A stretch of DNA of 64,000 nucleotides from the IMG/VR virus record IMGVR_UViG_3300045020_000151. One strand, 5' to 3'. Positions 63,617-64,000 of this stretch are shown piece by piece. The notes under the pieces are model-generated. The model did not search any database. It saw nothing but the letters and a program-made list of their open reading frames with translations, and had not been told where the DNA came from. Every line of letters begins with the position of its first letter. The stretch's first letter is position 1. A program made the position numbers and the translations under genes. The stretch is from an uncultured virus (IMG/VR IMGVR_UViG_3300045020_000151) (Duplodnaviria > Heunggongvirae > Uroviricota > Caudoviricetes).

Positions 63617-64000
63617 CTACTTCAAGGCCTTCAGAATCTTGAGGCCAGCCATCGCCCCTGCAGGGGCGACCATGAGTCCTGCTGCGGTTGGGTGCTTGGC
63701 CAGGAGATCCGCAACACCCGAGACTCCAGGAGCCGCAGCGTGCATGAGCCCCTTTGCCAAGCCGGGCTCCACTCCCGTCTGCTCTTGAGTCTGCTTTGCG
63801 GCGGCTGCGGAGTCGGTGAGCTTCCGACCGACTCTCTGTTCAGCCGAGGGCTCACCGTTCTTCCCAGGCTTGGCCATGGCTCGGCCGAGAAGTCCTGCTC
63901 CCAACGCTCCAACTCCGCCGGCGATGATCGATCCCTTGTTCCGACTGGCTGCCTCGCCGGCGTGTCGAACGAAGTTCTTCGCCATGCCCTTGGCCATGTC
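63617..64000 (-). CDS. Gly/Ala-rich putative virion protein, 5' end probably outside the window
   Basis: Frame open to window edge. Confidence 0.5.
   Translation of the reverse strand, partial: DMAKGMAKNFVRHAGEAASRNKGSIIAGGVGALGAGLLGRAMAKPGKNGEPSAEQRVGRKLTDSAAAAKQTQEQTGVEPGLAKGLMHAAAPGVSGVADLLAKHPTAAGLMVAPAGAMAGLKILKALK

Larger units (their letters stand above)
1..64000. mobile_element. Segment of a large (jumbo-like) contractile-tailed bacteriophage genome
   Basis: Tail sheath and tube genes, neck-like genes, tail chaperone frameshift, many short hypothetical ORFs, HNH/EndoVII nucleases, no host core operons or rRNA. Confidence 0.9.

Noticed and set aside
1..64000. tRNA or rRNA genes
   Set aside because: No cloverleaf with a T-loop in intergenic DNA and no rRNA-like segment seen by eye; tRNAscan-SE/Aragorn would be decisive
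1..64000. Stop-codon reassignment
   Set aside because: Recognisable genes are full length in code 11 and end in TAA, TAG and TGA; only one isolated in-frame TGA case was seen

Overview
This window looks like a 64 kb slice of a large (probably jumbo) myovirus-type bacteriophage genome of moderately high GC. It is densely packed with short ORFs and has no rRNA, tRNA or cellular housekeeping operon. Minus-strand blocks carry virion/morphogenesis genes: tail sheath, tail tube, neck-like proteins, a beta-helix protein, a GroES-like co-chaperonin and a probable tail-assembly chaperone with a -1 frameshift site. Plus-strand blocks are small accessory genes behind a repeated bipartite promoter motif (CAAWN-N13-15-GGSATAAG, 14 copies) and a repeated leader motif (CCACAGG(G)AG). 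Recognisable accessory genes include peptide deformylase, a cold-shock protein, a patatin phospholipase, a MoxR-type AAA+/VWA pair, HNH and EndoVII nucleases, a P-loop kinase and a stand-alone DNA polymerase A fragment. The standout feature is at 29.78-31.42 kb. A solitary RAMP/Cas7-like gene, with no other cas genes in the window, is directly preceded by a ~870 bp non-coding array that is not a CRISPR. The array has ~27 units, each GAC followed by 4-7 pentamers of variable NN plus a semi-conserved NCC/NYC triplet (GGY-like/NN on the minus strand). 20 of 26 unit lengths are exactly 3+5n. This is a candidate phage-encoded RNA-guided system with a gapped, 5-nt-periodic guide code (VIPR-like). 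All protein calls come from motif reading only; no database search was run.
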